A stretch of DNA of 64,000 bases from Holosporaceae bacterium UBA7879 (GCA_002500565.1 DLRV01000011.1:42019-106018); one strand, 5' to 3'. Positions 47,192 through 57,125 are shown, numbered from the stretch's first letter. A program made the numbers and translations. Notes: a model not told the origin generated them from the letters alone.

Positions 47192-47796
47192 GCCACACCT
47201 CGCTTAATATAAGGCATCAGTAATCCCTTCAGCGCTGCATGGTCCAACCGCTCTCCACCATAATAAAAACTTTGGGCCAGCATCATAATCGCCATTTTCA
47301 AAGATTCCGGCACATCAGCTGGCGTTGGTCCATATCCAACCAATGCCTCAAGTTTTAAAACGTCCAAGGGGGCCATTTTTAAACTCACCCGGGTTCGCTC
47401 TCCCAAGGCACGTTGGTAAAGATCATCCAAGTTCACTGCATGTTCTTGGCCTTTGCTGATCCGCCATGCTGCATAAATATTTTGAATTGGCGCGGTGGGT
47501 ACAGAAAACTCCTTGTCCACAAGGGTTTGTTGTCCTTGCTCAACCGCATTCATTCCCTGCATCTTCGCGCGCCCAGCACATGTGACAAAAACGCGTTGGT
47601 TGATAAGCCGCAACTGTAATTTTGCTTCAATATTTTCCTGTGCAGCTTTTAATACTTTTCCTAAAGCTTCATCGGCATGGTAATGAGTCACACGCATATA
47701 ATTTTTAAATTCATAAAGTGGAACCGCTGACATGGATGGGGGGTCAATAATTTTAATCATGATTATTCCTTTCATAAAAAAAAGCGCCGCCAACAA
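47188..47796 (-). CDS. phage gp6-like head-tail connector protein (g6-like)
   Basis: 202-aa ORF (true start probably internal, MIKIIDPP); LEEAKxHLRVD-type pattern (LYEFKNYMRVTHYHADEALGKVLKAAQENIE) of gp6-like connector family. Confidence 0.5.
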   Translation of the reverse strand: MLAALFFMKGIIMIKIIDPPSMSAVPLYEFKNYMRVTHYHADEALGKVLKAAQENIEAKLQLRLINQRVFVTCAGRAKMQGMNAVEQGQQTLVDKEFSVPTAPIQNIYAAWRISKGQEHAVNLDDLYQRALGERTRVSLKMAPLDVLKLEALVGYGPTPADVPESLKMAIMMLAQSFYYGGERLDHAALKGLLMPYIKRGVA

Positions 47797-47801
47797 AAAA
47801 A

Positions 47802-47816
47802 CCAGGCAAAACCTGG
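47802..47816 (-). terminator. rho-independent terminator candidate
   Basis: CCAGGCAAAACCTGG hairpin with A7 upstream on plus (T-run on minus), 40 bp after capsid-gene stop. Confidence 0.45.
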
Positions 47817-47855
47817 GTCATTCATCAGCAAGCGCGTATGTATTTTTAGTTTGAG

Positions 47856-49481
47856 TTAAGCTTGGAAATTCAACAGTTTCAAAGCATCCGGATTAACAAC
47901 CGCTCCTCCTGTTCGTTTTGTGATATAAAACTCAACGTGGGGTTTAGAACTGTATGGATCGCGTAAAATATGCATTCCACTGCGGTCAACAATTTGGTAG
48001 GCCTCCTTAAAGTTTCCAAAGGCAATCGCAACTCCGGCTTGTCCACCTTGTAAGGCTGGCATTTCATCACACACCTCAACCGGATACCCAAGCAAGGTTG
48101 AAACCGCTCCACCCAGTCCTGGCTGCCAGAGGTAATGCCCAGTTGCAGGGTCCTTCAACTTGCGCACCGCGGCTACAGCGGAACGTGACATCAACCAGCA
48201 TGCACCTTGTAAATATTTGGTTTGTAAGCTTTGCATCACATCAATCAGCAAATCAGCTGGTTTCTGCTCTGGAAAAGCTCCATCCACACCCGAATTCAAT
48301 GTGCCAATTTCTTGGCCGTTGTTCGCATTTAGCTCACCACGTGCATGGGTTAAAAACCCTGAAGGTTTATTATTCCCATCTCCATTCACAAACGCCGCTG
48401 TTTCCATCCGCGCCATCCGATCAGCCACACACTGAACCAACCAGTTTTCAACATCAACCTTGGCATCATCCAGCAACTTCTGGGTTGCCCGTGGTTTGGC
48501 ATAAACTTCGTGCACTGCAATGCGCAGCTTTTTAATCTCGCCGGCATCTGTTTCCGCCCGATCGTTTTCTTCAGCTGTCCAGCCTGCATCCGCCAACGAA
48601 CCTGTCAGCAACACATCCACAGCACTGGTGGAAATTTGCATTGTCCGTGCCAGTTTTCTTAAGGGCGACAACGCTTCAATATTCCCCAGCAGGCGGTCAT
48701 GCAAAATTTCAGGAATCAGGTGCCCGCCGTGCTCCTCATCCGTTGTTGTGAGGCCCTTCTGTCGCCACCCCTGCCCCGAGCGCATGAAATTGGCAAAACC
48801 ATGCGCTTTTTCTTCCATGTTTGTTAACGCTGTCGCTGGTTTTTCGTTTGTTTGATTTGTGATCATCTTTTTCTCCTTTTGTTGATCAGTTAATTGATTG
48901 GTTGTTTCAAGCACTTGGTGTTTAACCGTTTGAATTTGCGCTTGTTGATGAGCCGGGAACGTAACCAGAGAAATCTCTAAAAGATTGACCCTTTCAATGG
49001 TAAATCCGCCGGCTTCATTGGGTTGATGCTTCTCGCTGATAAAACCAATAGACAGGCCATCAATTTCACCTTCTTTGAGCAAGGCATAAACTTCACGGGC
49101 CTTGGCCACTTGTAAAAGCAACTTCCCTGTCACCTTCAGCCCATGACTATCCTCTTCAATGCTCAGCCATTGCCCGATAGGGGTTTCTTTATCATGTTGC
49201 CACAATAATTTGGGCCGCTTTTGCTTATGGACATATGCTTGTAAAGACTGGCTAAAAGCCCCCGGCAAGATCACGTCTTGATCCTGATCTGGCTCATTGA
49301 AAACACTGGCATAGCCAGTAAAAATCCCCTCTTCTGAAACTGATTTCAAAGTCAGGGGTTGCACAGCATGGCTGCGCTTGAAGTGCGACATATGTCTCTC
49401 CTTGGTTGTTAAATTGAATTTTGATTGGGTGAAAAAATACTTAAGTAAATTAGCTATCAATAAGCTTGTAGACAGGCACAA
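47856..49481 (-). CDS. HK97-family prohead protease fused to HK97-family major capsid protein
   Basis: 541-aa single ORF; N-terminal ~170 aa has prohead-protease (S78) features (VFNEPDQDQDVILPGAF, HGLKVTGKL, ISLVTFPAHQQAQI); remaining ~370 aa is HK97-fold major capsid (FANFMRSGQ, LIPEILHDRLL, GEIKKLRIAVHEVYAKPRATQKLLDDAKVDVENWL); possible internal start MITNQTNEK. Confidence 0.7.
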   Translation of the reverse strand: MCLSTSLLIANLLKYFFTQSKFNLTTKERHMSHFKRSHAVQPLTLKSVSEEGIFTGYASVFNEPDQDQDVILPGAFSQSLQAYVHKQKRPKLLWQHDKETPIGQWLSIEEDSHGLKVTGKLLLQVAKAREVYALLKEGEIDGLSIGFISEKHQPNEAGGFTIERVNLLEISLVTFPAHQQAQIQTVKHQVLETTNQLTDQQKEKKMITNQTNEKPATALTNMEEKAHGFANFMRSGQGWRQKGLTTTDEEHGGHLIPEILHDRLLGNIEALSPLRKLARTMQISTSAVDVLLTGSLADAGWTAEENDRAETDAGEIKKLRIAVHEVYAKPRATQKLLDDAKVDVENWLVQCVADRMARMETAAFVNGDGNNKPSGFLTHARGELNANNGQEIGTLNSGVDGAFPEQKPADLLIDVMQSLQTKYLQGACWLMSRSAVAAVRKLKDPATGHYLWQPGLGGAVSTLLGYPVEVCDEMPALQGGQAGVAIAFGNFKEAYQIVDRSGMHILRDPYSSKPHVEFYITKRTGGAVVNPDALKLLNFQA

Positions 49482-49731
49482 AATTTTTAAGTAGCATTAT
49501 AAGAAAAACAGGGATTTGACAGATGAAAAATACTCCAGCTTATTCTTTTCTATCTGCCGCCATTCATTCTTACTATAAAACCAGCTTAGCATATGTTAAG
49601 GCAGCGTCAGCACTGTTTAGAGCAAAAGGTTCAATTCATCATTGGCTAGCAATAGATGGTGATGACAAAATAAAATCAATGCTCACCACTTTTAACTGCC
49701 CTTTCCCTCAATAATATTAAGGAGTAAAATA

Positions 49732-50031
49732 ATGGAGAAATATTTTTTAATAAAGAAACAACATATTGTCCTATTTTTTGCAATATCTACTCTAAGCCAA
49801 TGTTTGGCCTCAACCACACTATCTAAAGTACAAGCTTATGGGTGTGCGGTTAACTATGAAATGAAAGCTCAAACATTTTCTGATAGATCAGGAAAAACGA
49901 TACAAATTAAAACCGATGATATAGCCAAAAAACAATGTCCAGATGTTTGCTCACCTTATGGTTCCTGGAACGGACAATGGGGAGATAACTGGGGTGAAAA
50001 TACTTTTTGCTGCTGTTCTAGGCCTGCTTAA
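49732..50031 (+). CDS. small Cys-rich lipoprotein (hypothetical)
   Basis: 99 aa; signal peptide with lipobox LSQC; C-terminal CPDVCSPYGSWNGQWGDNWGENTFCCCS. Confidence 0.4.
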   Translation: MEKYFLIKKQHIVLFFAISTLSQCLASTTLSKVQAYGCAVNYEMKAQTFSDRSGKTIQIKTDDIAKKQCPDVCSPYGSWNGQWGDNWGENTFCCCSRPA

Positions 50032-50533
50032 CAGACACAAAAAACTTATTACTGCTTTTGTATAAATTTTTTATTAACACTTGTCAATAAAAATTTTTCA
50101 AAAAAATAACTTTATCCGCTATTAAAAACTCGGCCCCAAAGTACCGAGTTTAGAAGAGAGAAAGTTGTTTGCCAAACTCTTCTTCTTGATCCATGTTATA
50201 GTTATACCCGATCTTATGAACGATTTTCTTAAGACTCCCTCGATAGGGTTCCTCAAATACCTTATGATAATACTTTGGGATCCACACAAAGTGGTACATA
50301 ATCCTGAATACATAATGTGAATTCCGATCTACTTCCGTAGGCTTATACTGCGCGGGCTAAAATTATACGATAATTTTAGTTATAGCTGCGCATGTATTGA
50401 AATTCTGAAAAAATGTTTTTATATAAGCCAGGCGCATTCAAGAGTGAAGTGCAACACCGTTATTGAATAAGAAAAAAATATCATTATGGATTAAGTAAAA
50501 AGAAGTGGATGATAAATTATTAAGTAGGACACA

Positions 50534-50558
50534 GGGCTCCTCAGATTAAAGGAGCCCT
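50534..50558. terminator. hairpin between convergent genes (possible terminator)
   Basis: AGGGCTCCTCAGATTAAAGGAGCCCT hairpin followed by TCTTTCC; next to the MATE gene stop. Confidence 0.3.
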
Positions 50559-50572
50559 CTTTCCTTCAAAGC

Positions 50573-51955
50573 CTATACAACGACTTGCGGCTCTTTTGTG
50601 ACATCAAGTTTCTTCCACTTACCCGACTGATAGCGTCGTATAAACAAAAGTAAATTCATTGAAGCATAGAAAACCAAGAACACCCATTGCATCGATGGGC
50701 TAATCAAATCCATCTTCATAGCTATAACACATGGGATAAAACCAAATAAAAAGGCGCAAGCTGGGTTTGCAAACATGATAAAAACTGTATCCCCTGCTGA
50801 TTTCATAATCCCAACAATAACCCATACAAAACTATCAATGAGCATAAACAACCACACGTAACGCAAAGCCCAAACACTATGTATGTAGAGCTCAGAGCCA
50901 TAAATATACCGCGCTTGGTCAATTTCTAAAACATCCAAAATAATTTCTGGATATATCACCATAAAAGGTAATAAAATTAATAGCCACAAACCTACCAGTT
51001 TAGCAGCTGAACGAATTAATTTTGGAATTAGTTCTATTTGCTTTGAACCAATCAAATTTGCAGCTATTGCCGTTGTTCCTTTTTCTAACCCCTCTGTAAA
51101 GAAAATAAAGAAAATAAGAATTGTTTGCCCAACCACAAATACAGTCAAAAAAATCTCTCCTTGTTGCGATGAAAAATAAAATAACAGGCTCCAACCCAAC
51201 ACCTCAATTGTATGTCCAATAGCTGATGGCAGTCCAATTCGCACACTTTCACGCATTAACTTCATATTAAACGCCAAAGTAAGTGTTTTAAATTTTTCTC
51301 GAAAATGCGGTTTTAGATAAGAGAAGACTAAAATTAAACAAATAGCCAGCTCTCCTAATAATGTTGCATAGGCTGCACCTTCAACACCCATACTTGGGAT
51401 TGGACCAATCCCAAATATTAAAATTGGATCCATAATTATATTTACAAAATTGCCAGCCAATGAAGCGTATAAAGAAATTTTTGTTTTTCCAATTCCGGCA
51501 AAAAATCCATTAAGGGCAGCTGAAAGGCACAACAATGTTCCCCCACTCAAAAAAATTCGCATATAAGGCACGCCATATGTATGCTGAGAAGATTCAATGA
51601 AATATGGCGCAATAAAAAAAGCAGATGGAACAAAAACCAAAGTGGCGGCTAAGGCCACGAGAATCATTTGTCCGGTGGCCTTACCGACTTCATGATATTT
51701 TCCAGCACCGTTGTATTGACCAACAAACACTTCACTAATAGCACAGAGAGAAAGGGGTATAAGTAAAAAGGTGTATGATATCAACCCCCCAACGGCAGCA
51801 CCGTTCATTGCCTCTACCTTGTAATGAGAAAGGAAAAGACGATCAAAAAAGTTCATCAAGCTTCCCGTCAACAACCCTAGAATGATAGGGCCGGCAATGG
51901 TAAAAAGCTCGGGAAGGCTAGCGGTTGGGTATTTTGTTAAATGTTTTTCAGACAT
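50573..51955 (-). CDS. MATE-family multidrug efflux transporter
   Basis: 460 aa, 12 TM; MATE-family pattern across two 6-TM halves (LLIPLSLCAISEVFVGQYNGAG, etc.). Confidence 0.7.
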   Translation of the reverse strand: MSEKHLTKYPTASLPELFTIAGPIILGLLTGSLMNFFDRLFLSHYKVEAMNGAAVGGLISYTFLLIPLSLCAISEVFVGQYNGAGKYHEVGKATGQMILVALAATLVFVPSAFFIAPYFIESSQHTYGVPYMRIFLSGGTLLCLSAALNGFFAGIGKTKISLYASLAGNFVNIIMDPILIFGIGPIPSMGVEGAAYATLLGELAICLILVFSYLKPHFREKFKTLTLAFNMKLMRESVRIGLPSAIGHTIEVLGWSLLFYFSSQQGEIFLTVFVVGQTILIFFIFFTEGLEKGTTAIAANLIGSKQIELIPKLIRSAAKLVGLWLLILLPFMVIYPEIILDVLEIDQARYIYGSELYIHSVWALRYVWLFMLIDSFVWVIVGIMKSAGDTVFIMFANPACAFLFGFIPCVIAMKMDLISPSMQWVFLVFYASMNLLLFIRRYQSGKWKKLDVTKEPQVVV

Positions 51956-52021
51956 AATATATAATAATTTTTCATTAAGAAAAAAGTTATCACGCTTAAG
52001 GTCAACAAAAAACGAACATAA

Positions 52022-53218
52022 TTACGCATATAAAGAAGATATTCCTGGCAAGGTGTTGCCCTCAAGCCACACTAAAAAAGCGCCGCCAGCCGTTGACAGA
52101 TAAGTAAACCCTTCAGTTTCTCCCGCTTTTTCAATTAAGGCTAACGTATCTCCACCACCGGCAATGCTAATCAAGCCTTGCTTTTTAGTTGTCTCAGCTA
52201 AAGCTCTGCTCACAGAATCCGTCCCTTTAGTAAAGATATCAATTTCAGCAATACCTAAGGCGCCATTCCAAACAACTGTTTGGCTTTTATTAATCACCTC
52301 AATAATTTCCTGAATTGTATTGGGCCCAGCATCCACAACAATATCATCATTCTTAATTTGATCGTATGCACAGATTCTTGTTTTGGCATTGGCATCAACC
52401 TTATCAGCAACCATTACATCTGTTGGCAAAATCAGGTTACATTCTGCCTCCATGGCCTTTGTCCGCAATCGGCTGGCTTCATTAATATAATCAGGCTCCA
52501 CCAATGATTTGCCAACGGGCACGCCCTTTTGAAGAAAAAATGTGTTCGCCATCGCGCCCACCACCACCAGTGTATCAACCTTATCTACCAGGGATTCCAA
52601 CAATCCAATCTTAGTTGAAACTTTAGCCCCACCAATAATGGCTGTTAAGGGCTTCTTAGCCGGCCTCAAAAATTTTGTCAGGGTTGCAATTTCTGTATGG
52701 AACAAAAACCCCATCATTGCTGGTTTCAATTTTGCCAATGCCACAATCGATGCATGGGCTCGGTGCGAACATGCAAAAGCATCATTAACATACAAATCAA
52801 TACCTTTGGCTAATTCCGCAGCAAAACCAGTGTCTCCCTTTTCTTCTCCGGGATAAAACCGTAAGTTCTCGCTCACCAATATCTGCCCTGGTTTCAGAGC
52901 CTTCGCTTCTTGGCCCCAACTTGCTGGATCGTTATTCTCCACAAACTTAAAATTAAATTTAGGAAAAACTTCATTTAAAGCTGGCAAAACCAGGCGCATA
53001 GATAAATCTGGATTGAACTTCCCCTTAGGCCGCCCTAGATGAGACGCTAAAACAACTTTGGCACCCTGTGCTACCAAATAATCCAGAGTCGGTTTAATGG
53101 CCTTTACCCGAGATAAATCTGTAACATGCCGATTGTCATCTAACGGCACATTCAAGTCTACGCGCAGGAAAACCACTTGATCTTTTACATTATAGTCTTT
53201 TGGTGTAGGGTAAGTCAT
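52022..53218 (-). CDS. pgk: phosphoglycerate kinase
   Basis: 398 aa; N-terminal LRVDLNVP, ASHLGRPKG; C-terminal GGGDT/AGGAFL motifs. Confidence 0.9.
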   Translation of the reverse strand: MTYPTPKDYNVKDQVVFLRVDLNVPLDDNRHVTDLSRVKAIKPTLDYLVAQGAKVVLASHLGRPKGKFNPDLSMRLVLPALNEVFPKFNFKFVENNDPASWGQEAKALKPGQILVSENLRFYPGEEKGDTGFAAELAKGIDLYVNDAFACSHRAHASIVALAKLKPAMMGFLFHTEIATLTKFLRPAKKPLTAIIGGAKVSTKIGLLESLVDKVDTLVVVGAMANTFFLQKGVPVGKSLVEPDYINEASRLRTKAMEAECNLILPTDVMVADKVDANAKTRICAYDQIKNDDIVVDAGPNTIQEIIEVINKSQTVVWNGALGIAEIDIFTKGTDSVSRALAETTKKQGLISIAGGGDTLALIEKAGETEGFTYLSTAGGAFLVWLEGNTLPGISSLYA

Positions 53219-53262
53219 CGTTTCAGGAATTTTTAAAATACAATAACATACCCAAACGTGCC

Positions 53263-56172
53263 ATGACCAGATCTCCCATCACCTCTTCACAACTTTATTC
53301 TCTAGCTGGTCTAAAAGAAATTCATCAGCAGTTCCAGACCGTCTGTCAAAATACCAACTCAGACAAAGAAATTGTTTTTGAAAAGTTTTTGCCCACAGTA
53401 TTTGGTATAGGTGATTCTTATCAAGAACTCAAAAATCGTTATCTCTCAGAAACTCGGCTATCAACTTTCCGTGTAAAATTCATTCAACGGTTTATTTTAA
53501 GAAAAGACAAACCAACTGTTTTGCCACATCTTCCGCAAATTTTAAAAAGCAGCCCTTATAAAGCAAACGCCATTCCGTCCCTCTTTGATTTCGCAACGTT
53601 CATTTTAAATTTGGATGAAACACAATGGCCGGCTTGGTCTATAGCTTTCACCCAGTTCATGCTCTATCCCGAACTGCGCAGCGATCATTTTAATGCCCCT
53701 TCATGGCGGTTTCTCGATAAATCCATTGAACCCTTGTCCCAAAAAGAATCGGGCCTCTACACTCAAAGCCCTGAACGCCAACGCCTCCGTACAGGCTTTA
53801 ACCACACAGATCCCGTCCAACCGTCCAGTTATGCCCAAGAAGAAGCAGGGTATTGTCTTAAATGCCACAAACGTCATAAAGACAGCTGCCGCAAAGGCCT
53901 ATCAACGCCCCTCACATCGGTTGATGATTTGCCGGGCTGCCCTCTTGATCAAAAAATCTCCGAAATGTTTGAACAGATTGAATCTGGCAATCTCCTCACA
54001 GCTTTGGCGCTTATCATGGTTGATAATCCTTTGGTTGCACTTACGGGTCACCGGATTTGTAACGATTGCCAAAAAAGCTGTATTTTCCAAAATCAAACGG
54101 CCGTTGACATTCCTCAAGCAGAAACCCGCTTACTCCTTGATGTCCTGGGTCTTCCCTATGGCTTTGAAATTTACAGCCTTCTCACCCGCTGGAATCCGTT
54201 TCACCCTCAGCCATTACCAAAACAACCCAACAATAAATCCATTGCCATTGTTGGGTTGGGACCAGCTGGGGTTGGCCTTGCCCATGAAATGCTCCGCAAA
54301 GGGTATCAAACAATGCTCTTTGAAGGCCTTAAAATTGACCCGATACCCCAACACCTCATCGGCTCTAACCATGCCTTTGATCTTATCAAAGAGTGGTCAT
54401 CCCTTACCCAAAATCTCGAAAACCGAACAATCAAAGGCTTTGGCGGTGTTGCTGAATATGGCATTACCGCCCGGTGGGATAAAAACTTTTTAACTTTGGT
54501 GCGCATTATCCTTGAACGTAATACCAGCTATCACTACACCGATGGCGTACGTATTGGTAAAACGCTCTCTATTCAAGATCTGTTTGATAGGGGATTTGAT
54601 CATGTCTCACTCTGCACAGGGGCGGGCAAGCCAAAAAACTTGCCAAACACAGATCTTCCCAAAGGTGTGCGCATGGGCGTTGATTTCTTGATGGGCCTTC
54701 ACCAGCGCCCATTACCCGATGTGTTTCTGCAAAACCCGATCCAACTTCCCACTTATGTGTATGGCGCCGGCCTGACCGCCATTGATACCGCCACTGAAGT
54801 CTTAGCCGCCTATCCTGTTCAGGTTGCTGCCATAGCCAAAGCCGCTGCCACCAATTCAAAAAAAATCAAACATATCCCAAAACCTATTTTAGAAACCTTT
54901 CTCGATCATGCCCATCAGTTGGCTCAGGCGAAAGCGCCAACAGAACAAAAACAACTTTTGCAAAAATGGGGCGGTGTTACGGTGCTGTACCACCGCGATT
55001 TACCCCAGGCCCCGTCTTACCGTCAAAGCCGCCATGAACTGGCTAATGCCCTGTCTGAAGGCATTCAGATTCGTGATCAAATATCCCTTGTCTCCTGGCA
55101 CAAAACCCAAGACCAGCTTCAATCTATTACAGTTTTAGATCACCTCACCAATCAACACAAAACGCTGCCAACCCACAATTTATTCCTGGCCCTGGGCACC
55201 AAGCCTAACTTTAATGCCCTAAAGGATATCAATTCACAATCCATCCAGTGGCTGACCGCCAATCAAGCTCATCAAACGCCAACAAAAAACCCGAAAGATC
55301 CCCAACCTTTCTTCATTCAATTTTTAGGTGATACCCATGCCATCAGCGCCCTGGGTGATCTGCATCCAACCTACGAAGGTAGCGTTGTTAAGGCGCTGGC
55401 CAGCGCTAAATATGCCGCGCCACAAATTGATCAATTGCTGCACAAATCAAATTCAAAGCCTGTGAATCTCAGAAAATTCACGCAAAGTTTTCAAGCACGC
55501 TTAACAGATTTACAACAAATCGCACCTGACCAGGTTTTGGTTACCATACAGGCCCTAGAGCATCTTAAGAATTATCAGCTTGGCCACTTCTACAAGATTC
55601 AATGTTACCCCAATAGCACGCATACATTCCTCAAAGGTCAAGCCATCAGCCCTTTTGATATCAATCCGCAAACAGGCACCTTTAAAGCCATCATCAAAGG
55701 CTCACGCCAAAGCAAAGATCTTGAACAGATATATCTTATGGGCCCAGTCGGCGCGCCCCTGCAGCTATCGCCAAGTGCTCAAGTTCAGGTTGTAACGGCT
55801 AACACTGATTATTATTTACTTTCATTGACAAAAACACTCGCCAGTCGAAACCAGCTCGCATCCTACACAGTCCAAAAATCTGATACAGATCAAACAAATC
55901 TCTTTGATCTGTTTTTTCCAACCGCACCCCAAACCACCGCTACACCAATAACCGATCTACTTATCTCAGGCACACATTTAACTTATGAAATAGCAACCCG
56001 TGCTCAACAGAAAAATATACGTATCCATCAAAAAATGGGCGGCCCGCTACAATGTATGATGGGCGGTATTTGTGCTCATTGCCTCAAACCCAATCCGGCC
56101 AGTCCTGGCCAATGGCTGTATGCCTGTCAGGGGCAATTTATAAATTTCACTCAAACTTCAGGTCATTTGTAG
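53263..56172 (+). CDS. large oxidoreductase with GltD-like (glutamate-synthase small-subunit-like) Fe-S/FAD/NAD(P) core and N-/C-terminal extensions
   Basis: 969 aa; Cys cluster CLKCHKRHKDSCRKG plus NPLVALTGHRICNDCQKSCI (matches the NPxPxxxGRVCxxxCExxC Fe-S motif of GltD/DPD domain), FAD dinucleotide fold KSIAIVGLGPAGVGLAHEMLRKGYQTMLFEG, second Rossmann YVYGAGLTAIDTATEV. Confidence 0.45.
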   Translation: MTRSPITSSQLYSLAGLKEIHQQFQTVCQNTNSDKEIVFEKFLPTVFGIGDSYQELKNRYLSETRLSTFRVKFIQRFILRKDKPTVLPHLPQILKSSPYKANAIPSLFDFATFILNLDETQWPAWSIAFTQFMLYPELRSDHFNAPSWRFLDKSIEPLSQKESGLYTQSPERQRLRTGFNHTDPVQPSSYAQEEAGYCLKCHKRHKDSCRKGLSTPLTSVDDLPGCPLDQKISEMFEQIESGNLLTALALIMVDNPLVALTGHRICNDCQKSCIFQNQTAVDIPQAETRLLLDVLGLPYGFEIYSLLTRWNPFHPQPLPKQPNNKSIAIVGLGPAGVGLAHEMLRKGYQTMLFEGLKIDPIPQHLIGSNHAFDLIKEWSSLTQNLENRTIKGFGGVAEYGITARWDKNFLTLVRIILERNTSYHYTDGVRIGKTLSIQDLFDRGFDHVSLCTGAGKPKNLPNTDLPKGVRMGVDFLMGLHQRPLPDVFLQNPIQLPTYVYGAGLTAIDTATEVLAAYPVQVAAIAKAAATNSKKIKHIPKPILETFLDHAHQLAQAKAPTEQKQLLQKWGGVTVLYHRDLPQAPSYRQSRHELANALSEGIQIRDQISLVSWHKTQDQLQSITVLDHLTNQHKTLPTHNLFLALGTKPNFNALKDINSQSIQWLTANQAHQTPTKNPKDPQPFFIQFLGDTHAISALGDLHPTYEGSVVKALASAKYAAPQIDQLLHKSNSKPVNLRKFTQSFQARLTDLQQIAPDQVLVTIQALEHLKNYQLGHFYKIQCYPNSTHTFLKGQAISPFDINPQTGTFKAIIKGSRQSKDLEQIYLMGPVGAPLQLSPSAQVQVVTANTDYYLLSLTKTLASRNQLASYTVQKSDTDQTNLFDLFFPTAPQTTATPITDLLISGTHLTYEIATRAQQKNIRIHQKMGGPLQCMMGGICAHCLKPNPASPGQWLYACQGQFINFTQTSGHL

Positions 56173-56283
56173 TCAGCCTAAATATAGTAAGAATGCTCCT
56201 AAAAAGCCCTAAGACACCATATTGTGCATTGATTTGACAAGGGTATTTTATGTTTGTTACCATAAATTAAAAGGGAGTTTACA

Positions 56284-56583
56284 ATGATTAAAGAAACAAT
56301 GAATGAAATCAAAAACATGATTGATTCTCTTAACAGTAAAACACACGATCAAGCAGAAAAATTTAGCCAAGACTGGCAAAGCTATAAGTCAAAAACCAAA
56401 GAATACTTCTCTAGGTGGTCTGATAGAAGACAAGCAGAAATTGAAAAACTGCAGCATCAAACAGAAGAAGCTTACGAGCAAATGAAGCAGGCGAAAGATC
56501 ACAAAAAAGAACAGTTGCGCCTTAAAGTAGTAAAGAACTTAGAACAGTTGCTTGAATACCTTAAAAAAGATAACGAGGATTAA
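56284..56583 (+). CDS. small coiled-coil hypothetical protein
   Basis: 99 aa, Lys/Glu/Gln-rich helical; 5 bp upstream of ChaB-family gene. Confidence 0.35.
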   Translation: MIKETMNEIKNMIDSLNSKTHDQAEKFSQDWQSYKSKTKEYFSRWSDRRQAEIEKLQHQTEEAYEQMKQAKDHKKEQLRLKVVKNLEQLLEYLKKDNED

Positions 56584-56588
56584 GCCCT

Positions 56589-56822
56589 ATGCCTTACACA
56601 AAAAACACCGAACTCCCAAAGGGCGTTCAACATGTTTTGCCAGCGCATGCTCAAGATATTTATCGAGAAGCCTACAACAGCGCCCATGAGCAATATAAAG
56701 ATCCAAAAAAAAGGCGTGATAATGCCTCGTTAGAAGAGGTGTCTCATCGGGTTGCTTGGTCAGCTGTTGAAAGAAAATATGAAAAAAACGCTTCCGGTCA
56801 GTGGGTGGAAAAAGGCAAATAG
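56589..56822 (+). CDS. ChaB-family protein
   Basis: 77 aa; ELPKGVQHVLPAHAQDIYREAYNSAHEQY...AHRVAWSAVERKYEK matches ChaB family pattern. Confidence 0.6.
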   Translation: MPYTKNTELPKGVQHVLPAHAQDIYREAYNSAHEQYKDPKKRRDNASLEEVSHRVAWSAVERKYEKNASGQWVEKGK

Positions 56823-57125
56823 GTTTTGCTGGTTAACCCCTAACTAAACCGCTAAATCTTTTGGCAAGCCCTATAAAAAGAAGCTTGAAACTAACGCCTA
56901 ATAGAATTCGGGGCTGTACCAGATAACTAGATTAAATATTGGCGAACCCATTGCCTGATCTGGGTTAGCTGTGTTTTAGGGTTTGGAGGAGTATTTTCAA
57001 GCCCTTTTTTTAGATGGAATTCGGGTTTAAAATCTTCTTTTTTAAGGGTTCCCTTTATAAAATATGCGCTTAAAAAACCATGGTCTTTTAGCGCTCACCA
57101 GTGTTAATTTCAGCTCATAAAAAAA

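Noticed and set aside
50122-50313. 63-aa ORF on the minus strand in AT-rich spacer
   Set aside because: No RBS or start context, low-complexity; likely non-coding.
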